From a virus: a stretch of DNA of 64,000 nucleotides. Both the position numbers and the translations under genes were made by a program. The notes beneath the pieces are model-generated. The model did no database searches. It saw nothing but the letters and a program-made list of their open reading frames with translations, and was not told where the DNA came from. Positions 54,662 through 64,000 of this stretch are shown here, piece by piece; position 1 is the first letter of the stretch; the number at the start of each line of letters is the position of its first letter. Location: IMG/VR virus record IMGVR_UViG_3300022602_000037. The stretch is one strand, 5' to 3'.

Positions 54662-57600
54662 TAGTTACTCCAAATGTTGCACTAGTTATATTTTGACTTG
54701 ATGTAAGAGTCGATAAAGATTGTCCTGTTACAGTTTTAAGGTTGTCAGATGTTAGTCCTGGAACAATATTAATATTTGCGGCAGTAGCGCAACTTATAAA
54801 GATTCGATCGCTTGGGCATTGAATTTCAAATAAACTTCCAAAAAATTGATTACCTTGTACTGGAACTATAACAAAATTTGTAATATCAGGAGCCAACTGC
54901 ATCATTACATAAGTTGACAATTCTGAAAAATAAAATGTATCTCCAAAATTCCAATTATCTAATGCAAAGAATGTGTTAAAGGCTGTGATTATTCTTGCAG
55001 TAATATCGTTATTACTTAATGTACTGCTTGGATTTTTTACTACATTAAAAGAAGCCTGAAGATTAGTATCTGCTAACGCACCAAATAATAAAATATAACT
55101 AACTGGATGATAAATTATTTGATCTGAAATAGATTTTATTAAATCCAAGTCTGCACCTAACAAATTATCTAATTCTCCGCTACTTGGAGGCAACGGCTCT
55201 GCTATGTTTGCACCACTCAACCATTGTCTAAATTTAGTATCGTAGTCTGTGGTCAACACATAGATATCCATAATATTACTTGCACCCGGATCAATCCTAG
55301 ATTCAAAATCAGCATTATGAATATATTGGAATTTGAGTTTATCTCTTCCGACATACACCTTAAAATCTAGTGTTGGATTTAATGTACTTGTAGAAGCATT
55401 ATATTTTTTTACCACTTGTTTATCAACAAAATAAAAATATTGTCCGTCTGTGTATTGTGTCAATACACCGACATTGCCCTGTGTACTTAAAATTATTACA
55501 AGATTATTATCATTACTTACATATTTGTAATCTTCTTGCCCTTCGCTTATAAAATATTTTTGTTGTAAAATATATTTGTTTAAGCTATTTGTATTAGGAG
55601 CAACAATATCTAAGAACAATTGAGGATTGTCAACAATTCCATTATTTTCACTATCAGCAAATGATACAACAATTTTTGTTGGGTCAATATATCCATCTTG
55701 ACCAGTATATTCTTTTATTATCTGCCAAGCCATATCAGTAGTAAATGGACTAGTACTATCTGGTTGAGTATTAATACTTAAAACATTTAGTCTGTCTAAT
55801 ATTGTACTGCTCGATACAATATCATATACTTTCTGAGTACCGTCAAAATAGAAAGTTACTTCTTGATCACTTTCAAAAACATATCGCAATAATCTGGTAC
55901 TAACTGTATAATATTCGTTGTTAGTTGTAAACAATAATAGCCAACTAGAATCTTGTTGTGTATTTGTAGAATCCCCTTGATTGCCTAAACTAAAAGAACT
56001 TGTAGTATTCAAATTAGTTTCAAAAATTATCTGCCAGCTTTGTGTACCGGCATCGTATCTTAAACCAAACGGCTTATTGTAAAATATTAAATCAATCATA
56101 GAAGTTACTATTGAACTCTGTATAGTAACATTTAATTCTGGAATAATTTGACTAATAACGGCATTTGTTGGAATAACTTTATTAAGAGTAACAGATCCAA
56201 ATTTAGTTGATAATATGCCGGTCGAACTTACTCCTGTTCCATCTCCTGTGATGGAAACAACTTGAGACCATAGATAATTTACAGATCCTAAATTAGTAGC
56301 AGTACCTTTAACCAGCATGTTGTTATTGGTCGTATCAAAATAATATCCAGATGGTGCAACAAATTTTATCAATGCTCCAGTGGTGAAATATTTCAAATCC
56401 GTACTGGTAAACGATGCAAGTTTATAAGGAACGCCGTCTGAAGAAGAACCTACATAACCTGTACAACTATTGCTATCACTAGTGATATTATACCAAGAAA
56501 TATTTAGACTTTCTGTAATGTAATTAATAAAATTTGCATAATAAAAATTACGTAAATCTGGAGTATCTAAAATTGGAAAAATAGTATTATAGATAATACC
56601 TTCTATATCTGTTTTAGTTAGATAAGAAAAATTGATAGGAGAAACATAGGGTTCTTGATAAATTATGCCATCATCTGCAAATAAATTAGTGCTAGAATAT
56701 TTTCCAGTAGGATCTTTAAGATCAAAATATCTACTAATACCGCTACTTGTTCTATTAATACTTTTTACTTTTGCAACTTTTTGCGTAACAGACAAAGGAC
56801 TAATGTTATAATCTTCTCCAGTGACCATACGATTTTGTGTATAATAAGTTTGAGGAGCATTGGCTTTAATACTAGCATTAGTCTCAGTAGCCGCACTATT
56901 ATTAACTGTAGAGGCCAGCCCCAAACTAAGAGTTAAAGTTTCAAAATTATTTTGTGTACTTACGTAAGGAATGGTAATCAGAACATTTATTATATCCGAT
57001 GGATTGATAGTGTAGGATAAATTATTACTGGTTCTATAATAGACTCTAAAATTCCCTAAAGGTAAATTACCAAATACACCATCTGCAAACCCCAATGAAA
57101 TGGCATCTCCTGCTCGAGTGATAACATTATAGATAGTTTTAATTTTGTTATTAAGACTGTTGTATATAATGTTATTGCCTGTTAGAGCAGGTACTTGAGT
57201 CCATAAAGTGTTTTCAAGACCTGTACTTTGATCAATACTATACAGCCATACATCAGTATTATTAATATTTTGAGTATTAACATCTATTGTTTCATTAGCA
57301 CTAGGCTGTGTAACGGTAAATGTTCCCTGATTAAGAGTACCTTGGGTAAAGTTAAAGAAAAATCCAGTATTTGCACTGCCGGCTCCGTAGCCGTCATCTC
57401 GATAAACACAGGCAATATTATTAGCAATCTTTGGAGGTTCTTCGTAGATATAACTTTTACCGCTAAATGTTGTGCTAGTAATTTCAAAATTCATACTTCT
57501 ACCAGCTACTGTTTTAGTAAAACTATAAGTAGGTACATTGGTATTGGCGCCATTAAATCTATATTGCCCTGTACTAATGCCGTAAATGTTAGCTTGATCT

Positions 57601-58121
57601 ATAGGAGTTCCAAATTGGTTAGTCGGTAATAAGGCGGCATTTAAGATTTTTATAAATTGATCATACCAATTAGGATTACTACTATCGTTCCATGTAATGT
57701 ACTGTCCTGCTAAATTTATACCATTACTGTCCAGTATTGTTTCTGTAGTGCTAATAGTATTAACTTTTAATAACCCTTGAGCTGGTACATTTCTACTAGC
57801 ATTGTACCCAATCATTCTTGAAAGTCGTAATACACTTTCACGACGTTCTGCTAGTTCTAAAAAGTTTTCTCGGGCGTTAAGATCCACTCGGAAAGCTATA
57901 CTTTGACCTACAAAAGCTATGAGATCAATAAGAGCAAGGTATTCGCTGGATTCAATGTAATCATTGAAATCTTCTGGAAAATTCACACGGATATAATCAA
58001 TCATTGTACGGCGCAAATTTTCAAAGTCGTAACTTTGAAAATCAGCATTTTTGAATGATTGATAGATTTTTTGCCAGTCTTCGTTTACTAATAAATTGTT
58101 TAGTCTATCCGTCGAGCTCAT
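54654..58121 (-). CDS. Baseplate wedge protein (T4 gp6-like)
   Basis: SYDFE.LR..MIDY...PEDFNDY.ESS...LIDLIA...ENFL..AERRESVLRL..M.GY; ET..SIK.NAP..Y.TQNRMVT..DY. Confidence 0.9.
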   Translation of the reverse strand: MSSTDRLNNLLVNEDWQKIYQSFKNADFQSYDFENLRRTMIDYIRVNFPEDFNDYIESSEYLALIDLIAFVGQSIAFRVDLNARENFLELAERRESVLRLSRMIGYNASRNVPAQGLLKVNTISTTETILDSNGINLAGQYITWNDSSNPNWYDQFIKILNAALLPTNQFGTPIDQANIYGISTGQYRFNGANTNVPTYSFTKTVAGRSMNFEITSTTFSGKSYIYEEPPKIANNIACVYRDDGYGAGSANTGFFFNFTQGTLNQGTFTVTQPSANETIDVNTQNINNTDVWLYSIDQSTGLENTLWTQVPALTGNNIIYNSLNNKIKTIYNVITRAGDAISLGFADGVFGNLPLGNFRVYYRTSNNLSYTINPSDIINVLITIPYVSTQNNFETLTLSLGLASTVNNSAATETNASIKANAPQTYYTQNRMVTGEDYNISPLSVTQKVAKVKSINRTSSGISRYFDLKDPTGKYSSTNLFADDGIIYQEPYVSPINFSYLTKTDIEGIIYNTIFPILDTPDLRNFYYANFINYITESLNISWYNITSDSNSCTGYVGSSSDGVPYKLASFTSTDLKYFTTGALIKFVAPSGYYFDTTNNNMLVKGTATNLGSVNYLWSQVVSITGDGTGVSSTGILSTKFGSVTLNKVIPTNAVISQIIPELNVTIQSSIVTSMIDLIFYNKPFGLRYDAGTQSWQIIFETNLNTTSSFSLGNQGDSTNTQQDSSWLLLFTTNNEYYTVSTRLLRYVFESDQEVTFYFDGTQKVYDIVSSSTILDRLNVLSINTQPDSTSPFTTDMAWQIIKEYTGQDGYIDPTKIVVSFADSENNGIVDNPQLFLDIVAPNTNSLNKYILQQKYFISEGQEDYKYVSNDNNLVIILSTQGNVGVLTQYTDGQYFYFVDKQVVKKYNASTSTLNPTLDFKVYVGRDKLKFQYIHNADFESRIDPGASNIMDIYVLTTDYDTKFRQWLSGANIAEPLPPSSGELDNLLGADLDLIKSISDQIIYHPVSYILLFGALADTNLQASFNVVKNPSSTLSNNDITARIITAFNTFFALDNWNFGDTFYFSELSTYVMMQLAPDITNFVIVPVQGNQFFGSLFEIQCPSDRIFISCATAANINIVPGLTSDNLKTVTGQSLSTLTSSQNITSATFGVTNG

Positions 58122-58139
58122 AGTTTGTCCTAATAATTA

Positions 58140-58169
58140 TATTTATTGAAATAAATTATGTGCGTAGTT
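58140..58169 (-). promoter_or_regulatory. Bipartite putative late promoter
   Basis: Minus strand AACTACGCAC-N12-AATAAATA, 18 nt upstream of the gp6-like ATG. Confidence 0.65.
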
Positions 58170-58171
58170 AA

Positions 58172-58609
58172 TTAAGCTACACGGAGCCCGTTGTCTTGAT
58201 CAAATGTCAATTGCATTCTTTCTTGAAGATTATATTGCGAGTATTTTAGTGTAAAAGATATCTGTAGGCCAGTATCATACGGAGTGATAACCACATTTCC
58301 GGCTTGAACTCTTGGGTCATAATTTACTATTTCATTAACGTTTTGCAATATCAAATTCTTAATTTCTTCAGTCAACGGTTCGAATATCAAGTCCCAAATT
58401 ATAGTTCCAAAAGCAGGATTCATTAGACGTTCGCCCTGGCGAATATAAAAATGATTCAGTAAATCTTGTTTAATCAACTCAAAATCGTAGAGAGAAAAAT
58501 TTTCAGTATTTCTACTAACAGTACTAAATCCTTTATAAGTTTTAGGAGGTGCAATGGTATTAGTTCCTACTGCTGGTACTGCAATTTTATGATATAGTTG
58601 TGATGCCAT
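58172..58609 (-). CDS. Baseplate/sheath initiator (T4 gp25-like)
   Basis: D.ELIKQDLLN...GERLMNP.FG..IWDLIFEP...YDPRV. Confidence 0.92.
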   Translation of the reverse strand: MASQLYHKIAVPAVGTNTIAPPKTYKGFSTVSRNTENFSLYDFELIKQDLLNHFYIRQGERLMNPAFGTIIWDLIFEPLTEEIKNLILQNVNEIVNYDPRVQAGNVVITPYDTGLQISFTLKYSQYNLQERMQLTFDQDNGLRVA

Positions 58610-60261
58610 TATTTTCCTCCTTGTACCTTATTAAAAGTATCTGTTTTGGTTGTATATTTTTGATAAAACTCCGGAGTAGCAATAGCACTTCCAGATTCTC
58701 TGTCTGTATTTGAAGTCTTAAATTTTGTAGCATCTAGATTTTCATGATGTGCATAAGGTTCAGTAGTAGGTATACGCAACATGATGCTGTTTATACTGCT
58801 TCCTGCCGATGCTGTTCCATCAGAACCAACAGTTGGTTCACCAGGATTATCAAATGTGCTCAACGGAGTAGGTGTTGTTGCTGCCGATGCAGAGCCAGCC
58901 GTGGCGGCTGCTGGTCCATTAAGGTTAATATTACCACCAGAAATAGTAGTATTAGCCGCACTAAGTTCCATATTACCGCCAGATGTTAATTTATTAGACC
59001 CACTTGTATTCAAATCAAATCCGCCACTAATTGTCATATTTGTTTGGCCGCCAACAGTAACATCCCATGTAGAACCAAAAGATTGTTTGTGTGCGCCTGT
59101 TATAGTTTCATCTTGTGTACCATCTACTTTTATCTTGACATTGCCGTTTACTATGGTAATTTTGTCTTTACCTATTTCGGTTTGATGTCTTCCTCCAACT
59201 TTTAGATTGAAATTCCGTTTGGCTTCAAAGTTAAAGTCTCGTCCTGCGTAAAAATTAAAATCGTGTTCACTATGCACACTAATACTGTCTTTAGCATAGA
59301 TATCAATCTTACCGTCGCTAGTTAATTCTATCCAAGCAGTTCCTCTGCTATTTGTAATATAGATAAGATCTTCACTGTTATGTAATAATATTTCATGGCC
59401 TGTTCTAGTTCTAATTCTTACCAACTCATTATGGGGAATATCAGGTTTACCAGTATACTCGCCTTGCTCTACTGCCGCATAATCTGGAGGACCGTCCTTA
59501 GGTGTAGTCTTGCGTAAAAATTTATCATCACCGTCATCCATAACAAATGTAGTACCACCTAATCTACTTACAGGAGAATTAGGTATTAGATGTTCTAATT
59601 TACCAACTGGGCCTTGTTTTGCTCCTGGACGTTTATCTAAAGGTCCTGGAGTACTAATACCAAATACCATACTGGGTGCTTCTCTCCTAGCACTGCTGGT
59701 AGTTATTCCTCTTATATCGTCTTTTATCAGTCCTTGATGGTTTAATGCATCAGCTAAAGGATGCGTAGGTTTTTTAATCTGCGAAGGATCTGAAGGACTA
59801 TTGTTTATTTGTTTGTTGTATTCTGCTGTAGGAGCTCGTGTATATGTACCTTCAACATTATTTTGTGTTGCCGCTATACCTGGCAACATAAAATTAGCAT
59901 TTTCATCTTGAACACATCCCATCCAGTAGCCTTGACGAGGATCTCCGTCAATAAAAAACACAATCACAGTGGTTCCGGGATCGGGAGGTATCATCCACAT
60001 ACCATAACTTTTTTGAGTATTGTTATAATCGTTAGGATCGGCTTGAACATACTTAACACCAGTAATACCATAAAATGGACTCATATATTTTACTTGGTGG
60101 AGTTGACTTTCTGTTCCGTCGCCGCCTGCTGGTCTTAAAATTTCAACTTCTAATATACCCATATAAGTAGGGTCAAGATGGCTAACAACTCGTGCTAGAA
60201 ACGGGCCTGGTTTTTGTTCTGCATCGTGCGCAGGAGCGTAGTCATAATTTTTATCTGCCAT
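58609..60261 (-). CDS. Baseplate central spike (gp5/VgrG-like)
   Basis: OB-fold ARVV...DP...G.L.V and SYGMWMIPPD.G..V.V.F..GD; RIRTRTGH; C-terminal beta-helix repeats (T.T..G). No lysozyme domain was recognised. Confidence 0.85.
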   Translation of the reverse strand: MADKNYDYAPAHDAEQKPGPFLARVVSHLDPTYMGILEVEILRPAGGDGTESQLHQVKYMSPFYGITGVKYVQADPNDYNNTQKSYGMWMIPPDPGTTVIVFFIDGDPRQGYWMGCVQDENANFMLPGIAATQNNVEGTYTRAPTAEYNKQINNSPSDPSQIKKPTHPLADALNHQGLIKDDIRGITTSSARREAPSMVFGISTPGPLDKRPGAKQGPVGKLEHLIPNSPVSRLGGTTFVMDDGDDKFLRKTTPKDGPPDYAAVEQGEYTGKPDIPHNELVRIRTRTGHEILLHNSEDLIYITNSRGTAWIELTSDGKIDIYAKDSISVHSEHDFNFYAGRDFNFEAKRNFNLKVGGRHQTEIGKDKITIVNGNVKIKVDGTQDETITGAHKQSFGSTWDVTVGGQTNMTISGGFDLNTSGSNKLTSGGNMELSAANTTISGGNINLNGPAAATAGSASAATTPTPLSTFDNPGEPTVGSDGTASAGSSINSIMLRIPTTEPYAHHENLDATKFKTSNTDRESGSAIATPEFYQKYTTKTDTFNKVQGGK

Positions 60262-60263
60262 CT

Positions 60264-62600
60264 TTAACTTCCTGCACTTTCGCCATCAGGGCCGTTGTAT
60301 CCTGCCGGATCCCCTAGAGCTGGTGCTGTTTTATCGCCTTCGCCATCTGGGTTGTTAGGATTAACTGTACTCTCGCTAGTATTGAGAGGTTTACCAGATA
60401 CTGTCATCTCTTGTGCTGGTCTTCTAAATCCAATTAAATTTTGTGTAAATTTACCTTGTTTGAAATGACTTTCAACATTATTAATACAATATAATCCGCT
60501 AAAAGCCATTACGGGTTTAGTAGTTCCAGATCCAAAATCATACATTCCAGTAGTTTGATTAATATCTATAGGAGTTCTAAAATTTACAATAATATCAACT
60601 TCACCGCTTTGATGATTTACTGTACCATCAGCATTTAGATTTTTGAATTGACTTGGAGGCGAAGTATATGTACCTGTTCCGCTTTGAATAATAAAATAGG
60701 GATCACCAATAATTTCCATATTGAGTTGTAGCATATCAACACCGCCATTAATAGCATCGTGCCATATGCGAGCCGCTCGAGTTTTTTGATCTTCAGAACC
60801 GCCGCCGCCCTTTTTATCTGTAGCCTGTGTAGTTCCTGAATATTTTATTGTAGTAGGATTTTCTCCTAAATTACCCGAAGGAGCAGAACCTTGTTCTACA
60901 GGTTTTAGTGTTGGAACAACTTTATCTTTTGTCCCACCTTCTGCGGCAGAATTTTTATTATCTTGAGTATTTGCTAAACTACTTGCTGGCAAACTTGTAC
61001 TAAAAGTTGCATTGTATTCTATATCAAATTTTATTACATCGATATTTTTGCCTGTATAGATATAATTGTATACTTTTACTGCTTGTTTTTTTAGTTCTTC
61101 GAACCCAGGTGCTCTAGTATTTGGAGGCATTATTTTACTTGTATGTGCTTCCCAAGGCACAACACGATAAACAATTAATCGAGGTTGTTTACCTGTACCT
61201 TTCTGATAATCTCCAATATTATAAACTTGAGTGTCAATTCTCCACCATTGTCGCATACCAGTCGGAGTAACGTTTGACTCTTCAAGTGCTTTGTTTGCGT
61301 AGTCACTTTTTAACATTACCTGATTTATTGCATTTGGAATATCACTATCCTGTGTAAACTTAAATTCACTCATTTTAGGATCAATTGTATTTTTTCCTCT
61401 AATGGTAACTTGTCCTTTAGGATCATAAAGTTTATTTTCTTTACCCATGCTTGGGTCGCCTTTTTTAACTTCATCAAATGCTAATACTGCTTTTCCTAAA
61501 GGATTACATGCTGATTGAGACTGTACTAGTGTTTTATTTGTACTACTTCTAGTAAGACCTAATTTTGTAAATACTCCTTGCGCACTTGGTGCATCTATAG
61601 GCTGAGTAGCAGATGTGTTATTTTCACTAGTAGTAGAATCTGTCGCTAGTGTGACTCCAGACGATATATCAGTTGGGAACATGATTACTATTTCGTCTGG
61701 AATTTCAACTACTTTGTCGTCTTTTAATTTTTGTAGTCTTTGATTAACAGCAACTTGTAGACTTTTTTCTCCTGTTTGCAAAACTTCTTGCACAGTTTTT
61801 CCTGCTACAGATACATCAGTTTTCAATGAAGTATACTCTGCTGTGTGAGCTTGATCGGCTTGTGCAAACGCTTCCACATTGTATGTTGCACCTTTTTCAT
61901 TAACTTTCATTGTTAAATTTTGAAACTTAAAAGGTATTTTACGAGTAGTGTTAGGCACAGGCACCATAGATCCTGTTTCAGTTTCTCCTCTAAATTCAAT
62001 GGTCAATAAAAATGTTGTATCTCTCCAATTACCTTTACCTTTTGTAGGTGCTACTAAATTTGCGGCTTCTTGAACTGCAATATAAAACAACCCCATACTA
62101 TAAGGCTCTATAATGTCAAATGTAATATTTGTAACACTAGAATTTTTTCCGCCTTGACCGGTCAACACTCCATTAACTTGTAAATTATCAATATAAAAAT
62201 CAAATTTACCATAGTCTGTATTAATCCTATTAGTAGGATCAGCGTTTGCTGATTTACAAATTAAAGGATACTGACTTGTATTCATATACAATGCAGGATT
62301 ACTCAACTGATCGTTGGATAATGCTCCTATGCCAAGAACATAATCATAACTTGCATAGACAAACAAGGGATTAGGTAATGGTAATTGTGTCCCTGATAGC
62401 GGTTTTATAAAACTTGATATACTTTGAAAAATACCTGATATTGCATCTCCGGCGGCACTCAACGCACTTGCAGGGCCTTGTGAAAGAAAGTTTCCAACAC
62501 TGCCTCCAATGTCAGATACTGTATCGCCTACAGCTTGAACTCCTGACTGTACAGAGGCAGTTGCTGAATCTAGTAATCCTGGTAATCCGTCAAGACTCAT
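60264..62600 (-). CDS. Baseplate hub / tail protein (gp27-like position)
   Basis: NPL..YASY.Y, F.IIEPYSM, FLL.IEF.G, YNYIYTGKN, MEIIGDPY and FSGLY.I..V.S.F..G.FTQ.L. Confidence 0.7.
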   Translation of the reverse strand: MSLDGLPGLLDSATASVQSGVQAVGDTVSDIGGSVGNFLSQGPASALSAAGDAISGIFQSISSFIKPLSGTQLPLPNPLFVYASYDYVLGIGALSNDQLSNPALYMNTSQYPLICKSANADPTNRINTDYGKFDFYIDNLQVNGVLTGQGGKNSSVTNITFDIIEPYSMGLFYIAVQEAANLVAPTKGKGNWRDTTFLLTIEFRGETETGSMVPVPNTTRKIPFKFQNLTMKVNEKGATYNVEAFAQADQAHTAEYTSLKTDVSVAGKTVQEVLQTGEKSLQVAVNQRLQKLKDDKVVEIPDEIVIMFPTDISSGVTLATDSTTSENNTSATQPIDAPSAQGVFTKLGLTRSSTNKTLVQSQSACNPLGKAVLAFDEVKKGDPSMGKENKLYDPKGQVTIRGKNTIDPKMSEFKFTQDSDIPNAINQVMLKSDYANKALEESNVTPTGMRQWWRIDTQVYNIGDYQKGTGKQPRLIVYRVVPWEAHTSKIMPPNTRAPGFEELKKQAVKVYNYIYTGKNIDVIKFDIEYNATFSTSLPASSLANTQDNKNSAAEGGTKDKVVPTLKPVEQGSAPSGNLGENPTTIKYSGTTQATDKKGGGGSEDQKTRAARIWHDAINGGVDMLQLNMEIIGDPYFIIQSGTGTYTSPPSQFKNLNADGTVNHQSGEVDIIVNFRTPIDINQTTGMYDFGSGTTKPVMAFSGLYCINNVESHFKQGKFTQNLIGFRRPAQEMTVSGKPLNTSESTVNPNNPDGEGDKTAPALGDPAGYNGPDGESAGS

Positions 62601-62601
62601 A

Positions 62602-62901
62602 TTACAATCCTAAAAATGTTGTTAGCGCTGAACCTTTTGGTATATAAATTTGTGTCCCTGGAACAAAATCTAAGATAGGATCTTGTAGTACATCTAAATT
62701 ACGTTGAATAAAAACCCACCACAGTGCGGCGTCTTTATACAAGTCAAATGCCAATAAATCTGGTCTATAAGTATACTGAGGCTGAATAGTATATAAAAAA
62801 TCATCAGCAGACGTTGGCACTGGTCTAATAGACAGTACATCTAAATAATTATTAGATATTGTTGTTGTAAACCAAGGACTAGCAGATTTGTATTTTGCCA
62901 T
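62602..62901 (-). CDS. LysM-like baseplate wedge protein (gp53-like)
   Basis: YTI...Y.YRPDLLA.DLY....LWWVF...N......P..DF.PG..IYIP. Confidence 0.85.
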   Translation of the reverse strand: MAKYKSASPWFTTTISNNYLDVLSIRPVPTSADDFLYTIQPQYTYRPDLLAFDLYKDAALWWVFIQRNLDVLQDPILDFVPGTQIYIPKGSALTTFLGL

Positions 62902-62902
62902 A

Positions 62903-63898
62903 TTAGATGTATCCAAAACTATTATTGAGATATCCACCTTGAACAAATCTATCAAGACTGAAATTCTTCACACTATTTCTACTGTACATTGGTTGTAGAC
63001 TAATAGTAAAACTACTCTTTGTTGGTACATGTGTAACTCCGCCACTTGTTGTTCCACCAAGACCTAACGACCCAGCTAATGAAGCAACTTGACCAATACC
63101 ACCCGCTATACTACTTACCGTACTAGTGATATCTGATATACCAGGAATGGCTCCACCTAATGAATCAGCAAGTCCGCCAATTGAATCGGCTACACCGTTT
63201 ATCTGGCCTGCCATACTACCAACAACATTAACACCAATATAATCGCAAGTGGAATCTAGTGTAGTTGTAAAACTTGTAACTACTACTGGCACATTCTTAA
63301 ACACATAGTTTCCATAACCGTTTAAGAATACAATAGGAGGAGGATTACCTGCTTTAGGATCAGATCCTGTGAACATTTTGGTAAGACTTCGTAAATAATG
63401 TACCGCCGCGACCCAGTATAGACCTTGAGTTGGATCTTCAACGTTCATAGGTGCAGTAATTTGTATTTCACCTGGTTCGCTATTTTGAAAAGCCTTGAAA
63501 GCATAGTTAGAATGAGTGATAGGAATACTGGTATAACTGGCTTTACTGGTCATAGTGATTTGAGGAGTATACGGAAAGATTAACCCGCCCGCATCTTTTA
63601 ACGGAGCAAGCACTGGACTATTCCTAAAAGCCGGCCAAGTTGGCAAGCTCATTCTAACACGCCAATCGTTAGAATTTGCATCTCCGCCAAAACTGGCCAC
63701 AGCACTGAGTACATCGCCTACTGCTTCTCCTGCCGCTGGTAAATCTATGCTTCTAATAGCACTCATTACTCCGCCATTGGCATATCCAGCGCTAATAGCA
63801 CTAGATAAGTTACCGGCAACATTGATAGCATTAGTGCCCGCACCAATGATATTTTGTGAAGAAGTTATGTCTTGTATTAGATTATCGCCGAATGCCAT
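62903..63898 (-). CDS. Tail tube initiator / baseplate tube-like protein (gp48/gp54-like)
   Basis: GLIFPYTP.I....A.Y......HSNY....NS; YLRS.TKMF.G...GNPPP...L.GYG...F..VPVVV..F. Confidence 0.7.
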   Translation of the reverse strand: MAFGDNLIQDITSSQNIIGAGTNAINVAGNLSSAISAGYANGGVMSAIRSIDLPAAGEAVGDVLSAVASFGGDANSNDWRVRMSLPTWPAFRNSPVLAPLKDAGGLIFPYTPQITMTSKASYTSIPITHSNYAFKAFQNSEPGEIQITAPMNVEDPTQGLYWVAAVHYLRSLTKMFTGSDPKAGNPPPIVFLNGYGNYVFKNVPVVVTSFTTTLDSTCDYIGVNVVGSMAGQINGVADSIGGLADSLGGAIPGISDITSTVSSIAGGIGQVASLAGSLGLGGTTSGGVTHVPTKSSFTISLQPMYSRNSVKNFSLDRFVQGGYLNNSFGYI

Positions 63899-63920
63899 AA
63901 TAATATTCCTTTTGGTATAT

Positions 63921-63950
63921 TATTTATTTGACTTTATTAAGTGCGTAGTT
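63921..63950 (-). promoter_or_regulatory. Bipartite putative late promoter heading the baseplate operon
   Basis: Minus strand AACTACGCAC-N12-AATAAATA; AAGGA RBS before ATG 63898. Confidence 0.65.
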
Positions 63951-63956
63951 TATAAT
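63928..63956 (+). promoter_or_regulatory. Divergent sigma70-type promoter
   Basis: TTGACT (63928-63933), 17-nt spacer, TATAAT (63951-63956); GAGGA, then ATG at 63983. Confidence 0.65.
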
Positions 63957-63982
63957 TAACCTATCAGAGGACTGAGAACAGG

Positions 63983-64000
63983 ATGACAACTAAAATAAAT
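63983..64000 (+). CDS. Start of the next gene (MTTKIN..., truncated by the window)
   Basis: ATG after a promoter and RBS; only 6 codons are visible. Confidence 0.45.

Noticed and set aside
1-64000. Alternative genetic code, introns/inteins, tRNAs, integrase or transposase
   Set aside because: Genes, including a 16.8-kb ORF, are intact in code 11 with TAA/TGA/TAG stops. No homing endonuclease or intein motifs were seen, and intergenic gaps are too short or lack cloverleaf features.

Overview
An AT-rich, gene-dense 64-kb fragment of a large T4-like (contractile-tailed) bacteriophage genome that reads in the standard genetic code. There are two convergent arms that meet at about 22,335. The plus arm (1-22,340) holds replication and metabolism genes: the 3' part of a family-B DNA polymerase, a truncated UDP-glucose dehydrogenase, a probable sliding clamp, RNase H/FEN, a MoxR AAA+/vWA-metallopeptidase pair and thyX. 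It also holds an ~11-kb 7-deazaguanine DNA-modification cluster: a DpdA/TGT-like transglycosylase, a QueD-fold protein with an LxxxHRHxF motif, folE and queE. No queC/queF is present in the window. That cluster is interleaved with a GT-B glycosyltransferase, a Gfo/Idh/MocA oxidoreductase, a Zn-dependent dehydrogenase, a cupin, a purine PRTase and a HIT hydrolase. The minus arm (22,333-63,898) is the baseplate/tail module: tube initiator, gp53-, hub-, gp5-, gp25- and gp6-like genes, a 5,610-aa giant structural protein and fibre/collar proteins. It includes a prodomain-less sedolisin (S53) protease and ends in a six-gene cassette with four GT-A glycosyltransferases. The best candidate for an undescribed system is a sugar-hypermodified 7-deazaguanine DNA base, possibly installed at the replication fork through a clamp-binding tail on DpdA. 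Other leads are a virion-glycosylation cassette, a tail-associated acid protease, a bipartite late-promoter motif (GCAC-N12-RATAAATA) and a sigma70 promoter whose spacer is a perfect UNCG hairpin. I saw no tRNA, rRNA, CRISPR array or mobile element. All calls are motif-based by eye; no searches were run.
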